A model generated the notes under the pieces. It had not been told where the DNA came from, searched no databases, and worked only from the letters and a program-made list of their open reading frames with translations. From Tetramitus jugosus (Eukaryota; Protista; Heterolobosea): DNA of 64,000 nucleotides. Of this stretch, positions 23,803 through 35,800 are shown one piece after another. Both the position numbers and the translations under genes were made by a program. The number at the start of each line of letters is the position of its first letter. Positions within the stretch are counted from its first letter, which is position 1. The stretch covers positions 310,001 to 374,000 of the forward strand of contig OW569385.1 of NCBI GenBank assembly GCA_937625935.1, read 5' to 3'.

Positions 23803-24196
23803 TAGTCATCGACATCCATTCTCACTCAAACCAAGCAATCTCATTCAACAATGTAACATGCAACCTCTATTTGAAATTCTATTTGGTTGTTTTTATTGCT
23901 TTCACTGTACAATAGCTCAATAATACATGAGTGTGAGATGAATGTGCACACAAACACACATTAACCACACGCGCATTTCACATTCATTTGTTTCGTGTCA
24001 TTGGATCTCTCATGAGTTGTTTTGATCTTCACACAGAAACAAACCCACGTGCACTCTCTTTGCTCTCTATCTCTCGATATGCATCAGTCTGTTTTTTTTT
24101 TCATGATCGCTCTCTAAAACTCCAAAAACGATAAAATTCATCATCATCATAATCATCACCGCGACACGTGAACACAGAAAACAGACATTTCATTTT

Positions 24197-24583
24197 TCAC
24201 TCTGCCATCTGTTGATCATGATCACCAGTAGTAGACTCACCATTATGACTATCCATCGTATCACTCATACGTTGTTGATCATCACCACCACCACCACCAT
24301 TCTCTTCTTCTTCTTCTTCTTCTTCCAATTGTTTCAAATAGAGAACGTTGTTGCATCGAATAAACACTGAACCAAGATTACCAGAACATACACCATTGAT
24401 CCATTCCTCAGTATTCGCCAATTGAAGATTCATATAAGTGTCAACAGAAGCGAGATATCCTCTGTATTCCATTCCCCATTTGAGTTTGACTAGAATGAGT
24501 TTTCCTGCGAGACTATTGAGGAAGGGTTTAGGGTTGACTAGGCGCTCTAGGAATTGTTGTTGGTTAGGGTTGGCAAAGGACAT
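24197..24583 (-). CDS. SNRPF: Small nuclear ribonucleoprotein F
   Basis: [45 protein letters not shown]...IRCNNVLY, plus an acidic/Gly C-terminal extension. Confidence 0.96.
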   Translation of the reverse strand: MSFANPNQQQFLERLVNPKPFLNSLAGKLILVKLKWGMEYRGYLASVDTYMNLQLANTEEWINGVCSGNLGSVFIRCNNVLYLKQLEEEEEEEENGGGGGDDQQRMSDTMDSHNGESTTGDHDQQMAE

Positions 24584-24746
24584 GAATGTTTGTTTTTTGT
24601 TGTTGTTGAGAGTTGATCAATTTTTGTTTGTGTGGATTTTTTTTGGGAGCGAAATGAACGGTGAAGCAATGTCGTTGAACCTGCGCAGTTTTATAGGTTT
24701 TTCCGATGTTTGAAAAAACAAAAACAATTTTTCACAAAAGCAAAAA

Positions 24747-26582
24747 TTGAACATTATGATGATGAAGCGATTTTTGGTGTCAGCTGCTGCTGCACAGAGC
24801 AAGAATCAATCGATCAAACTCGTTCGCAACAGAACTTCCTTCCTCACCACTCCTTCACTCTCATTCTCTCACATGATGATGGTGAACAACAACAACAATA
24901 ATCATATGTTTGTTCAACATGAGCAACAACTCTCTCAATTCCATCACAATCGTGTTCACCTTCAAAATGAATCTCAACAGGAAGAAAGCGGAGAAATAGA
25001 GGCACCCGCCAAAAAACGCGCCGCTAGAAAACAATCTACGACAGCGCCAAAAAAAAGAGCAAGCTCAAAAAAGAATGAGTCAGGATTGGCTGAGAATGAA
25101 CGTGAAATTTCAGATGATGAACTGTTTGAGCACAAGTGGCAGATTCAAGTCGAAGCAAAGGAGCTTCTCACTCAAGAAAACTATAATCATGCGTTTCCAA
25201 TGCTATACGAATGGTACAATTTCATACATAAGCCAATGAGTAAGAGAGAAGATGTTTTGAGTGAGTTGTACAAGAGGGATTTGAGACATGTGTTGACTGA
25301 TGCTCTATTGTTGGGATTCTTTGCTCAGTGCTACTGTGTTTATGAGGACAAGGAGCAGACAAAGAAGGCCAAGCCATTGTTCAGAAAGAGCTTCGAATTG
25401 CTTGATCAATACATGCAACGAAGAGCAGAGATTGATCGAGTTGGTGGAGAGGAAGCTCAAAAATTGAGTTCATTCATGGACAGTGATCTAGAGAGAAGAG
25501 GATTGAATCGTACGAGAGGTGTCTTGAACACTTATGCTGGATTCCTGTGGTTGAAATCGGATACTTACTCTACGGCAGAAAAGTACTTGTTGAAGGCTGC
25601 AGCAGAGGACAAGGAATCTGTCTTTATTTTCCATCGTTTGGCTCACTATAATAGAGATCGCGGTGATTATACGAGAGCTGGAAAGTTTTATGAATTAGCA
25701 ATTCAGAGAATGAACAATGCTACATTGATTGGAGAGTATGGATCTTTCTTGTTCTCCTATCCAAGAAAGTATGAGAAGGCGGTTGAGATGTTTGAGCGTG
25801 CATTGAAGCTGAATCCAACACATCCTGATGTGTTGATTGCCTATGCTTCCTACTATGTTCAACTAGAGAAGTTTGATAAGGCGATTGAGTTGTTGCTCAG
25901 AGCTTTGCACGAGAAGAATATTGATCCTAGACCTGCCAGCATGCTCGGAACAGTGTACGTACTGATGAGTCAATATGAAAAGGCAAGACAAGCATTTACT
26001 CAAGCAAAATCATTGGGAGGATACATGAGCTATAAGCAAACTTCTCATTTTGCGATTGCAGAGTACCAGTGCGGAAATGTCAACGAAGCAAAGAATTTGT
26101 TTGAACAGGCATTCAAGTTGCATGATGCCGAGAAACCTGCGCGTCAAAGCGCCGGAGAGCCCGTGGAAGATGTAACCATGCTTGTTCGCTATGCTCAGCT
26201 GCTGTTTGATTCCTTCAAAAAGTACACAGATGCTCGTTTGCTTTTGGAGCGAGCAATGGCTGCTGATCCAACATTCCCAGATGCTCACTTCCTTTATGCT
26301 CTGCTAATGACCAAATTGCAGGAATTTGAGAAGGCTGATGAACACTTTGGAATATTGATCGCAGTTGAACCAAACGGAGATTATGTCAAGGGCGTCCTGT
26401 TGAAGACACATCTCGCCTGGTACATTGACTACCTGATCAACGACAAGAAGCAACCAGAGGCTGCAACTCCACATATCAAAAGACTATTGAAGCTTATCCA
26501 AGATTTTCCAAATGAGAACCAAGACAGCGACATGCTAGAAGATCTGGAAGAGCATAAGTCTGCTCATCCTAACCTGTTCTAA
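24747..26582 (+). CDS. TPR-repeat protein, probably mitochondrial
   Basis: Multiple TPRs (AVEMFERALKLNPTHP, LLERAMAADPTFP) and a basic presequence-like N-terminus. Confidence 0.8.
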   Translation: MNIMMMKRFLVSAAAAQSKNQSIKLVRNRTSFLTTPSLSFSHMMMVNNNNNNHMFVQHEQQLSQFHHNRVHLQNESQQEESGEIEAPAKKRAARKQSTTAPKKRASSKKNESGLAENEREISDDELFEHKWQIQVEAKELLTQENYNHAFPMLYEWYNFIHKPMSKREDVLSELYKRDLRHVLTDALLLGFFAQCYCVYEDKEQTKKAKPLFRKSFELLDQYMQRRAEIDRVGGEEAQKLSSFMDSDLERRGLNRTRGVLNTYAGFLWLKSDTYSTAEKYLLKAAAEDKESVFIFHRLAHYNRDRGDYTRAGKFYELAIQRMNNATLIGEYGSFLFSYPRKYEKAVEMFERALKLNPTHPDVLIAYASYYVQLEKFDKAIELLLRALHEKNIDPRPASMLGTVYVLMSQYEKARQAFTQAKSLGGYMSYKQTSHFAIAEYQCGNVNEAKNLFEQAFKLHDAEKPARQSAGEPVEDVTMLVRYAQLLFDSFKKYTDARLLLERAMAADPTFPDAHFLYALLMTKLQEFEKADEHFGILIAVEPNGDYVKGVLLKTHLAWYIDYLINDKKQPEAATPHIKRLLKLIQDFPNENQDSDMLEDLEEHKSAHPNLF

Positions 26583-26754
26583 TCCGGATTGTGTTTAGCA
26601 CCATATGAATAAATCTCCAACCAGCATCCAACGTGTTTATTAGAGGAAGGAGCTGTCAAATCTCCCTTTGATTCTCCGAATTCATTGCCCGTGTCGCACC
26701 GTCGGAAGAAGGTTTTCATGAGGTCACTCGAACATCGTCAACAAATAAGAAAGA

Positions 26755-29700
26755 ATGACCACACCCGTAAACAATAGTGATAATGTTGATATCACTGGCA
26801 ACACCAATACCGAACAACAACAACCCAACAATAACAATAATACCAATGAACAACCAACAACACAAGCAGCAACTAACCAAGAATACTTGCCATCCTCTTC
26901 TTCTTCCCCTCTGCCTCAAGTCGTGCTCGATTCCAAAGCTTTGAATCAAATGCCCGCCAACTCTCGCCAGAGTATTTGGGTTAGCTCTCATCCACTGACA
27001 CAACCACCGTCATCTGAACAAATTTCACAACAACCAACAACAACAACAACCAAAACAACAAGGATATCTTCGACAAGAGCAATGAACAATAACAACAAAA
27101 AAAATATTGGTCACCATCATCATCATCATCCGTCATCCTCGTTATCTGTTGATACGACAATGATGATGAGACCTCAACAACAACAACATCATCATTCCAA
27201 GAGTCAAAGTGTACCTTCTTCACCCATTCATTCCACAACAACATCATCATTTAACAACTCATCATCAGTCTCACTTCCCTCTTCACCTACTGCCACTCCT
27301 ACTACAACTACTACAACTACAACTACGACTACGACACCTGCTTCTTCTACGACTACTACTACTAATTCTCAACAAGCTCAAAAACAAAAACAGTCATCTT
27401 CATCTTCATCATCATCAGCTTCACAACAACAACAACAACAACAACAAAAAGAAGAAAAAAAGTATAGTGACTACTTGTATGGTGCTATACCCACCATTGT
27501 ACAAAATACGACTCAACAACAAAATGGTCTCGAAGCCATTATTCAATACTTTAATCATCGATCTCAACTGGAGAATGACTATAGCTTGGAATTGAAAAAA
27601 ATGAGTCAATCTTTTTCACTGGGTGGTGCACCACTCACGAATAGTAACAATAATGCAAATTCAACGAGTCATGATCATGCTTCTTCGACTACAACAACAA
27701 CATCAACATCAGCAGCAACATCAGCAACTGCAGCAACATCAATGGGATTTACAGGTCAATTGGCTCAAGTAGTCAACGGAATGAAGAATATGAGTGAACG
27801 ATTGTCATTGAGACATTCGAATTTTTCAAAAGACATTCAATTTTGCATGTGTGGACCACTGACTGACTTTAACAATGATTTGGGAGTGTCCAAGAAGCGA
27901 TTATTGAATGCGGCGCAACAATTGGACAAGGATTTGATGATTGGATTGAATGCAGTGGAAAAAAATAAGCATAGACAGCATAGAGTAGCCAAGGAAGCAG
28001 AAGATACGATCATCAAGGCACAAAAGGCCATTCAGAAGGCAATGAGCTCAAACAATGGTGATGAAGAGTTCAATGACTGCACAAAATTGTCATCCTCTCC
28101 CTCGACGACAAACAGTACAATGTTCCACTATGAGAACAACAAGTGGAAGCAAATGACTGAAAAGGCGGTCAGAGATGCAAAAATTGCAGATATGCAATAT
28201 TCGGACACTGTGACGCAAATGCGACTCTATCAGCAGAGATTCAAGGATGACATGGGCAATATTTTGAACAGTTTTCAGAGCAATGACATACAGTTGCTTC
28301 AAATATGCAAAACATTTTTGAATCATTACATTTCGTTTGAGGAGCAATTGGTTCGTGACTTTCAAAAGGATTTGGAAGTTTTGAGAAATGCAGTCAATCA
28401 AATTGACGTATCAGAAACGGTTGATCAATTTATAGTGGCCAATCAAACCAATCAAAGAGCACCTGATTTGATACCGTATGAGCCTTACCTGTCACCCTAT
28501 TTGAACTCGAATCGAAAGGATGATGTGCCCAGCTCACAAAGCTATTCATCTTCTCCAAGCAACAATTCAAGCTCTGTTAGTCATCACGGTTCCTTCAGTT
28601 CTCCATCCAAGTCAGGACCGATCGTCAAGCCACAAAAGCCGCGTGGCCTATCAACTACCTCCTCCACGCGGGAGAACACCTTTGTGATACCGACTCGCAA
28701 ATCAACAAGGTCAAATGCTGAACTCTCTGCTGCCATGAACAATGCAAACAACCCAAATAATGGTGCCATACCAAGCAAGGGTCAACGACTTCAGAAATGG
28801 TTCCACAATTTCACCAACAATCAACTCAAGTTATTGCCTAGGAGTGCTCCCGATGGCGATGCGTTTGAAACAATGCATGAAGTAATGCTGACAAAGCCTT
28901 CGAGGCCATTGCCTCCACTTCCCACAGAAGAACAAGATGACCTTCCAACCAATCCGACAACAACGGAAACAATGTCAAGCAGCATCGCTTCGGCGTCGCT
29001 TGATGCAACGACCAATACTGATACCACTTCTGATGTTTCATCAACTGCAACTTCCAATACAGCAGAGGATAAGAAAGAGGCAGACCTTGGTGGTATCAAT
29101 GCGGAAGATCAGCAACTATTGAAAGATATCATGTCCAACTTTGATGATCAGGAGTTCCGGAGAGATCGGCTCGATATTCAAGAAGTGAAAGCCTATGAAG
29201 CGTTACTGACTCGCGTGTTTGCGATTGGAGAACTGAGTGAAGAAGATCAAGATGAGCTTGTAACTCAGGTGAACGAGCTCTCCGACAAATTAGAGCTGCC
29301 TGCTTCGATGGGCACCCGGTTGGCTCTGGCTATGGCTATGAACCATATTCGTGCTGATCCTTGTATAGAAAATGCCAAGGCATTTACCATTGTTGCTCAA
29401 CTTGTGACCACTGCCATGGAGAGGTCGCATGAGTACGGTGATGCCAATGTTGGTCGACTATTTTTGAACATGAGTCAAACATTTTATAGAAAGAAGAGAA
29501 ATGGAAGTGAAGAGACACAAGAGTACTTACAGCAGTACCTACGAGATTTGCTCGTCTGGAAGGATATTCGATTTTGGGAGGGTGCCTTCTTTGATGCACT
29601 AAGTTATGAGAGAAAGAAGAGTGAATGGAATGCTCAGAAAAAGTGGCGCTATTTGGACAAGGAGCAACGAGCAGAAGTAGTGGTCCAACACGAGAATATG

Positions 29701-30129
29701 GTGTTTGGTCTGCTTGGATCCTTTGCGTTCAACATGTTGAACATGGGTGTTGCGGTGCAGGATTGTAGACTCTTCATGGAAAAGATGTGCATGATCAACT
29801 CACTCAAGGACGAGTACACAGAGTTGCTGATGAACAATATTGATACAACATACATTGCCATTAGGGCAGCAGAGGAGACCCCTTCGTCGTCTGCTTCATC
29901 AAACACTCGAGGTCGAACAGTTTCCATGCCCACAGTGCCAAGAAGTCCTGCACGGCCGCGAGCCAACGCAAATATACTGGTGGAGGAAGAGAACCAGACA
30001 GTGTATCTATCGGATTCTGAGACCAACTCTGATGAATTTGACTCGAATGGGAGCTTCGTAGCAAGCAGCAGTTTTGTGTTTCCCTCGTTCAAAGAAAACT
30101 ATTTCCAACCAAACACTCGGGCAACATAG
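26755..30129 (+). CDS. F-BAR domain protein with C-terminal SBF2/MADD-like helical domain
   Basis: YFNHRSQLENDYSLELKKMSQ (FCH/F-BAR), PYEPY and LNMSQTFY...VWKDIRFWEGAFFD. Long S/T/Q/N low-complexity N-terminus. Confidence 0.75.
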   Translation: MTTPVNNSDNVDITGNTNTEQQQPNNNNNTNEQPTTQAATNQEYLPSSSSSPLPQVVLDSKALNQMPANSRQSIWVSSHPLTQPPSSEQISQQPTTTTTKTTRISSTRAMNNNNKKNIGHHHHHHPSSSLSVDTTMMMRPQQQQHHHSKSQSVPSSPIHSTTTSSFNNSSSVSLPSSPTATPTTTTTTTTTTTTPASSTTTTTNSQQAQKQKQSSSSSSSSASQQQQQQQQKEEKKYSDYLYGAIPTIVQNTTQQQNGLEAIIQYFNHRSQLENDYSLELKKMSQSFSLGGAPLTNSNNNANSTSHDHASSTTTTTSTSAATSATAATSMGFTGQLAQVVNGMKNMSERLSLRHSNFSKDIQFCMCGPLTDFNNDLGVSKKRLLNAAQQLDKDLMIGLNAVEKNKHRQHRVAKEAEDTIIKAQKAIQKAMSSNNGDEEFNDCTKLSSSPSTTNSTMFHYENNKWKQMTEKAVRDAKIADMQYSDTVTQMRLYQQRFKDDMGNILNSFQSNDIQLLQICKTFLNHYISFEEQLVRDFQKDLEVLRNAVNQIDVSETVDQFIVANQTNQRAPDLIPYEPYLSPYLNSNRKDDVPSSQSYSSSPSNNSSSVSHHGSFSSPSKSGPIVKPQKPRGLSTTSSTRENTFVIPTRKSTRSNAELSAAMNNANNPNNGAIPSKGQRLQKWFHNFTNNQLKLLPRSAPDGDAFETMHEVMLTKPSRPLPPLPTEEQDDLPTNPTTTETMSSSIASASLDATTNTDTTSDVSSTATSNTAEDKKEADLGGINAEDQQLLKDIMSNFDDQEFRRDRLDIQEVKAYEALLTRVFAIGELSEEDQDELVTQVNELSDKLELPASMGTRLALAMAMNHIRADPCIENAKAFTIVAQLVTTAMERSHEYGDANVGRLFLNMSQTFYRKKRNGSEETQEYLQQYLRDLLVWKDIRFWEGAFFDALSYERKKSEWNAQKKWRYLDKEQRAEVVVQHENMVFGLLGSFAFNMLNMGVAVQDCRLFMEKMCMINSLKDEYTELLMNNIDTTYIAIRAAEETPSSSASSNTRGRTVSMPTVPRSPARPRANANILVEEENQTVYLSDSETNSDEFDSNGSFVASSSFVFPSFKENYFQPNTRAT
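27290..27450 (+). repeat. Coding trinucleotide microsatellites (ACT/ACA, TCA, CAA) giving poly-T/S/Q
   Basis: Runs such as actacaactactacaactac, tcatcatca and caacaacaacaacaa are visible directly. Confidence 0.8.
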
Positions 30130-30210
30130 AGCAACACAAGTCCTCATAACAACAAAAACTAATGTAATATTTCATCCGCAACGTGAAGAGCTGGCCCAAT
30201 TTACTTTTCA

Positions 30211-30338
30211 TTTCCGTCAATTCCACATTTTCCGGGTGTATTGTAAATACAAAATATTCCGCCAATTCCTTCCATCTGCAGAAAAATGGTTAGGTTCTGT
30301 GTTGGAACTTCAAACAGTCTTGTCAGCAACCTATAAAA
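30211..30338 (+). promoter_or_regulatory. Promoter of p62-like gene: phased TTCC motifs and TATA box
   Basis: TTCC at 30212, 30221, 30230, 30257 and 30266. TATAAAA at 30332-30338, about 100 nt upstream of ATG 30437. Confidence 0.5.
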
Positions 30339-30436
30339 GGCGTCTTGCTCCTATCCAGACAAAAAAAATTCGCCAAACCGAACTCCAAAAAACCATCACA
30401 AACACACCTGTATATAATTTACATAACAAAAAAGTC

Positions 30437-31690
30437 ATGTTTTTCAATAGATATTACCAACCACCACAAGGTGTTATTACCCCAACCACTCCAATCCAAC
30501 ACACCACTTTCCAGAGTTACCCCGTTCCAGAAGCTTCCAACTCTTCTGTCGGCGCTCAAAATTTCCCGGTCAAGGCATTCATTACAATTTCCAAGCGATG
30601 CAAGAGACAACCCCATGCGATTAGCAAGGTCAAGAAAGCTCCAGAAGAAATTCGTCGTTTCCGCACTGCTGAAGACATTAGCTTTGAGCAATTGAAGCAA
30701 CGTATTTCCACTGTAGCTAAGCTACAAGAAAGACAACTTGAAATCACAAGTGTCAAGTACAGAGACGAAGAAGGAGACTTTGTCAACTGTGACTCTGAAG
30801 AAGAGTGGAGTGAAGCTCTGTTGAACGGTGTTGCCACTCAAAAGGTCTGTGTTGTCCATGTTGCCGTTTGCAAGCCAGCAAGCGAAGAAGAAGAAGAAGA
30901 AGAAAAGGCACCAGTCTCACCTAGAGTCAAGACCTGTAAGAGATCTACCATGAAGAAGCAACCAAAGAAGGAGGAGATGCCTCAAGAAGAAGGAGAGAGA
31001 ACAGAAGCTCCAAAAAAGTCGCTCTCCTTGCACAGAAACATTGTCTGTGATGGATGTATGCAGCACGGTATTCTTGGAACTCGATACAAGTGTGTCCAGT
31101 GCTCTGATTTTGACCTCTGTGCGCAGTGCTATGAGCAAAGAGACAAGTTGAAGCACGAAAATCACCAATTTTTGAAGATTGAGACTCCAATTGCTATTCC
31201 AGCCTTCTGTGACGATGTTTCCTTCATTATTGTCAATCCTCATGTTGAACAACAACAAGAAGTCAAGCAAGAAGAGAACAAGAAGCAAGAAGAAGAAGAA
31301 GAAGTCGAGCCAGTGGTTGAGCAACAAGAAAGAGTTGAAGAACCTGCTCCAGTGGTCGAAGAAGCACCAAAGGTTGAACACCAAGAACAAGAAGATGAAG
31401 AGCCAATCATTGAGCAAGTTCTCGAAGAAGAAGAAGTTGTTGTAGAGAAGGAGCCTGAGCAACAAGAGATTGTTGCTGAAGAGATTGTCGCTCCAGTTCA
31501 ACAACCTCAACCAACTGCGCCTGTTGTTGAGCAACAACCAGTTCAAAAGCCAATTGACCCAACTCATGCCACCACATTAGAAATTTTGAAGCAAATGGGA
31601 TTCACCAACGAAGCTTTGGCTTTGTTCTTGATCAGAAAGCATAACAACAACGTGCAAAGGGTCGTTGATGAGTACTTGAACCATCAATAA
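30437..31690 (+). CDS. p62/SQSTM1-NBR1-like autophagy receptor (PB1-ZZ-UBA)
   Basis: PB1 (EIRRF...KYRDEEGDFVNCDSEEEW), ZZ finger (HRNIVCDGC...RYKCVQCSDFDLCAQC) and UBA (LKQMGF...NNVQRVVDEYL). ATG at 30437 follows a TATA box. Confidence 0.9.
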   Translation: MFFNRYYQPPQGVITPTTPIQHTTFQSYPVPEASNSSVGAQNFPVKAFITISKRCKRQPHAISKVKKAPEEIRRFRTAEDISFEQLKQRISTVAKLQERQLEITSVKYRDEEGDFVNCDSEEEWSEALLNGVATQKVCVVHVAVCKPASEEEEEEEKAPVSPRVKTCKRSTMKKQPKKEEMPQEEGERTEAPKKSLSLHRNIVCDGCMQHGILGTRYKCVQCSDFDLCAQCYEQRDKLKHENHQFLKIETPIAIPAFCDDVSFIIVNPHVEQQQEVKQEENKKQEEEEEVEPVVEQQERVEEPAPVVEEAPKVEHQEQEDEEPIIEQVLEEEEVVVEKEPEQQEIVAEEIVAPVQQPQPTAPVVEQQPVQKPIDPTHATTLEILKQMGFTNEALALFLIRKHNNNVQRVVDEYLNHQ

Positions 31691-31738
31691 TCAGTCTCTC
31701 TCATCATTGTAATTATTAAAAACTGCTACTTTCCAAAA

Positions 31739-32239
31739 TTATACATTTATTGTTGTTTGCTGGTGTTCGTTTCGTCGGAGTAGGGACCGGTTGATCTTTA
31801 CAACTCCTTTCCGAATTCCTGGGTATTGATTTATCTTCTTGGTTTCTAATAGTCTGGAGATATCCAAGTGGCGAGTTTCTGGTGTGATAATCTTAAGAGA
31901 TGGCAGCCCCGTACCGCTGCCAAGTCCTCTTCTCAACCTCAATGGACGACGATTCTTCTTTGTATTATTAGGCTTTTCTTTCTCTGGTAAGGTTAGGCAG
32001 ATCTGGGTTGTATTAACTGTGTCTTTTGACTCCAGGGAGTTTGGTAGTTTCAAAAAAGGCATTGGGCTCACCGTGGTGTCCATCATACTAGAAGTTGAAG
32101 CCAATTCATCACTTGTTGTAGTTTCCTTACTCTTGGAAGAGATGTTTTCATGTGATAATCCCTCCAGAGATACAACTGGAGGAATACAATGGTCATCGTC
32201 GTTCATTATTAGTCGTTGTCTAATCTTTGAGTGAGTCAT
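31739..32239 (-). CDS. Hypothetical protein
   Basis: 166-aa ATG ORF with a TATAAAAAG on the minus strand near 32361-32369. Confidence 0.55.
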   Translation of the reverse strand: MTHSKIRQRLIMNDDDHCIPPVVSLEGLSHENISSKSKETTTSDELASTSSMMDTTVSPMPFLKLPNSLESKDTVNTTQICLTLPEKEKPNNTKKNRRPLRLRRGLGSGTGLPSLKIITPETRHLDISRLLETKKINQYPGIRKGVVKINRSLLRRNEHQQTTINV

Positions 32240-32881
32240 TGATGATGGTGGTATTTCACACTGGTAACACAGTTCTTATCGTAGTTTTGTTGTATTTATC
32301 AGTGTGGTTGGACCTGGTACTTGAGTTCAAAGAAATGAGAAGGAGTCCATGCAATACAATCTTTTTATATTGTAAGAAACGATGAGAGCTAAAACAATCG
32401 CGAGAGATTTCAACCTCCAATGTAATCGCGTCGGGTTTGTTTATTTTTGATTGTTTTTTGTAAGGAATATTTCTTCTTTGAAATGTTGTTCCTTCTTGTT
32501 CGGGTTATCATACCTTTTGAATACAAAAAAACCTCAAGATCTCGGATATCAATTACAAAGTCGGAAAGATAATTCCGAAAAGCGCGAGTAAGAGAGTCAT
32601 GAAAGGGCAATGCGAGAGAGAATTACAAAGATAGGTACCATCGTCGAACGATGCATCTTTCCTCCCAATCAAAACAGGGGCAAATCTAATCACCTTCTTG
32701 TGGCACAAAGAAAACCTTTTCTTACTCTTAACTTCATTGAATGGAGTTTGATCAAAGCTATAGTGTTATTCTCCGCCTCTGTCTGATTGATCTACAAATC
32801 TTCTTGCCGCCTTTTTAATCGCAATTTGAAACCGCTGTTTTCTCTCGTTTTCTGGGTGGAAGTTGTTGAAATCTATGTGCA

Positions 32882-35800
32882 ATGATTGATCACTCGGCTC
32901 TAATGAGTGATTCTTTCATTCAAAATTCTGACAAGTTGGTCAAAGCTCGACAACTCTTCAAGGAGAATAAAATGTTGAGTAGTCCATTGAGAAACTCTAT
33001 TCAACATTTATCAGAATTGGAGCAGAGCTTGGATCTCATGAGTTCTGCCGGAGAGTCTCACCAAATTCCTCCCTACAATGTCTCAGGTGTCAGTGAGAAG
33101 GAAATTAAAGCAGATTATCGTCTCATGGATGATTACAAACTCGATTTATACGAGCAAGTGAAGAAGGGAGCTAAGATTCCAGAATTGTACCAACAAATTT
33201 TGCATCAAGAGTACACGAACACTCTAAAAGCTGAAATGCATAATCGAAATCTGGCTGAACTTCATAGGAAACAAAAGTATGAACAAAAGATGGGGATGAT
33301 GAGAATGAGGTCAGTGTTAAAACGAGTTCCTAAGAATTCATTACGATTGAAACAATTAACACTTGATGATGAAGACTACACTGATGATCATGATCGATTT
33401 AAGACCAGAGAATTAGAAACCAATCGCTCATTAGAACTCTTAAGAGAAGAAATACTAGAGGAGAAGGAAGAGGATGGACTCGAAGATGGTTCAGGAACCG
33501 ACGATTTGAAGACGGTTGAAGAAGAGGATGGAAGTGATGTAAGTAGAAAGTGTGAGCATCACCACCCTGGAAGAAGTGTCATATGGGAGGAAGATGAACC
33601 GGAAGAAGAGATATCATACGAAGAGCAGAGATGGAGGGAAGATGAACTCGTTTCACAGGCATCAAAGGCCCCCACAGTCGAATACATTATCCCTTCGACC
33701 TCAGATGCAGTGAGTCGTCTTGAAGAACCTGAAGAGTATCCCATAGAAGAGGTAAACCGAACATTAACAGAGGAATCTCTATCAATATCTCCCTTCGATT
33801 CTCCTCATGAAAGTGAAAACTCCCTGTCTTATCACGAGAGGAGAGAAGCAGAAAATTTTGTTCGGTCAGTAGAGACTGATGAACTGGAACTATATCAAAA
33901 TATCTCTCCGAAAACACCACCTACAGTGTTGAGATTGCCTCGGGATGAATTGTCAACATCTCCAACAGCAAGCTATCACAGCATGATTCAATCAACCTTA
34001 CCATCTGAATCTCTAATCAGAACTCCAAATCCTCGACCAACATTTCCCCGAACACCAACCGAGCCAGAATATCTTCCTTCACCCACACCCGAAAAACATC
34101 CTCTGAGAGGGTCAAGTAAGGATGAAACATTTGAGTCTGAAAATCTTAAGGTCCCAAAAAGATCATCTGATACTCAAACTTCGAATATGATCATAGCAGA
34201 GAAGAAGGCAGCGAACACTCAGACTGAAAAATATTCTTTAGGTTGTTTCAGTGACAGTTTCGCATCCATATTTGGAAAGAGTAGATCGTTATCTCTCCCT
34301 CGATCCATACTAGGAAGTTCGCAGGGACCAATGGAAGATGTGACTCTGTCACATGAGCATCGAGGGGAAGAGGGACAAGACAAATCTACGTTCCTAAGAG
34401 ATTTTTCCAACTTTCCAAATGAAGCAGAACATACTCTTCCGGAACAAGAGAAGAAATATCCATGTAATTCTCAGTCCACCTCCCATGCTAACCTTTCATC
34501 CATTTTCGAGAGAGAACCTAGCAAACTTCTATCACCACCATTTTCTCAGATTCATGAACACTCACAAGAGCGAGTAAATGCCTCTCAGTTCTCGATATGG
34601 TCCAGCAATAAGCGAACAGATTCGATTATTCCTAATCCTAACTCTAATACTTCGTCGATACTACTCCGAGGAACACCCAAAATAGAAGAAAAGGAAACCC
34701 TTCAGTGTCCTCCCAGAACACTTGACTATTCAGAGTTTGCCATCAGAAAGCCCCTTGATCCTTTCAATGAAGAGGGACCATTCATCAAGAGTAGTTTCTC
34801 CACACCTAAATCTACAATAGAGCATCAAACTGGGACAAGAAGTCTGGTCTCAACCGGAAGGTCAAAAATCCTACATAGCTTCTTTCAAGAACCAACAACT
34901 AAAGCGACCATAAGCGATTTATTTGAGAGGATGCGAGCATTCGAAGAAAATAGAAATGGCAAGATGATAGAATATTATTTCAAGAAGTGGTACATACATT
35001 ACAGAGCACTAAAGTTGTATCAACAATCAATTCAGAACAGGGTTCTTCTCGGATTGAAGCGAAACATTTCGCTCTCAAGTCAAGAAGAGGTCGAGAGAGG
35101 TGTCAAAATCAGATTTTTCAGGAGCTGGAAACATCATTGCAGACATTCAATTTTCGAAAGAAAAATGGGTCAGTTAATTCATCAATCATACCGAAGTATG
35201 TTAATCCGGAAATCATTGGAGTGGGTAAACATACAGTTAAGTCATTTGCACCTTGGACATCGATGTAGTCAGTTCGTTTACGAAAAGGAACAACTTCGAT
35301 TACGAACATTGTTCAAGAAATGGAGAAACGATTCAAAGTCTCAAGTTGTCAATCGACAGAGAGTTTTCTCCTCTTGCTTCAATCACTGGAGAATTTTGCA
35401 GCAAACAAACCGAGTTGTGCGAAGAACTATATTGTCCAAATATTTCCGAATGATGGTGGATCTAGTTGAGTCAATTAGAACATCTAATGTTGAACTACAG
35501 ATAGCGGATTCGAATCACACTCGGGCATTGATCACCAAACACTTCAAGATGTGGGTAGAGAAGAGAAAACGTATTGAGAAGAAGAATTGTCTTATTCCTC
35601 ATTTTAAAGCTTTGAAATTGAATATTTATCAGAATCAGGAGGAATTATCAGTTAATCAAGAGGTTATCATGCGTTCTGTTCAAGCATATGTATTCAGAAA
35701 ATGGAGAATGAAGGTGTTAAAGAAGAATAAGGAGAGGGTTGCTCTGTTGGTTAGAATGTACTTCCTCAGAAGAAGGACCTTCTCGCAGTGGATTCAGAAG

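Noticed and set aside
30074-30436. N-terminal extension of the p62-like ORF overlapping the F-BAR gene
   Set aside because: It starts at GTG and spans the promoter and TATA box. The real start is most likely ATG 30437.
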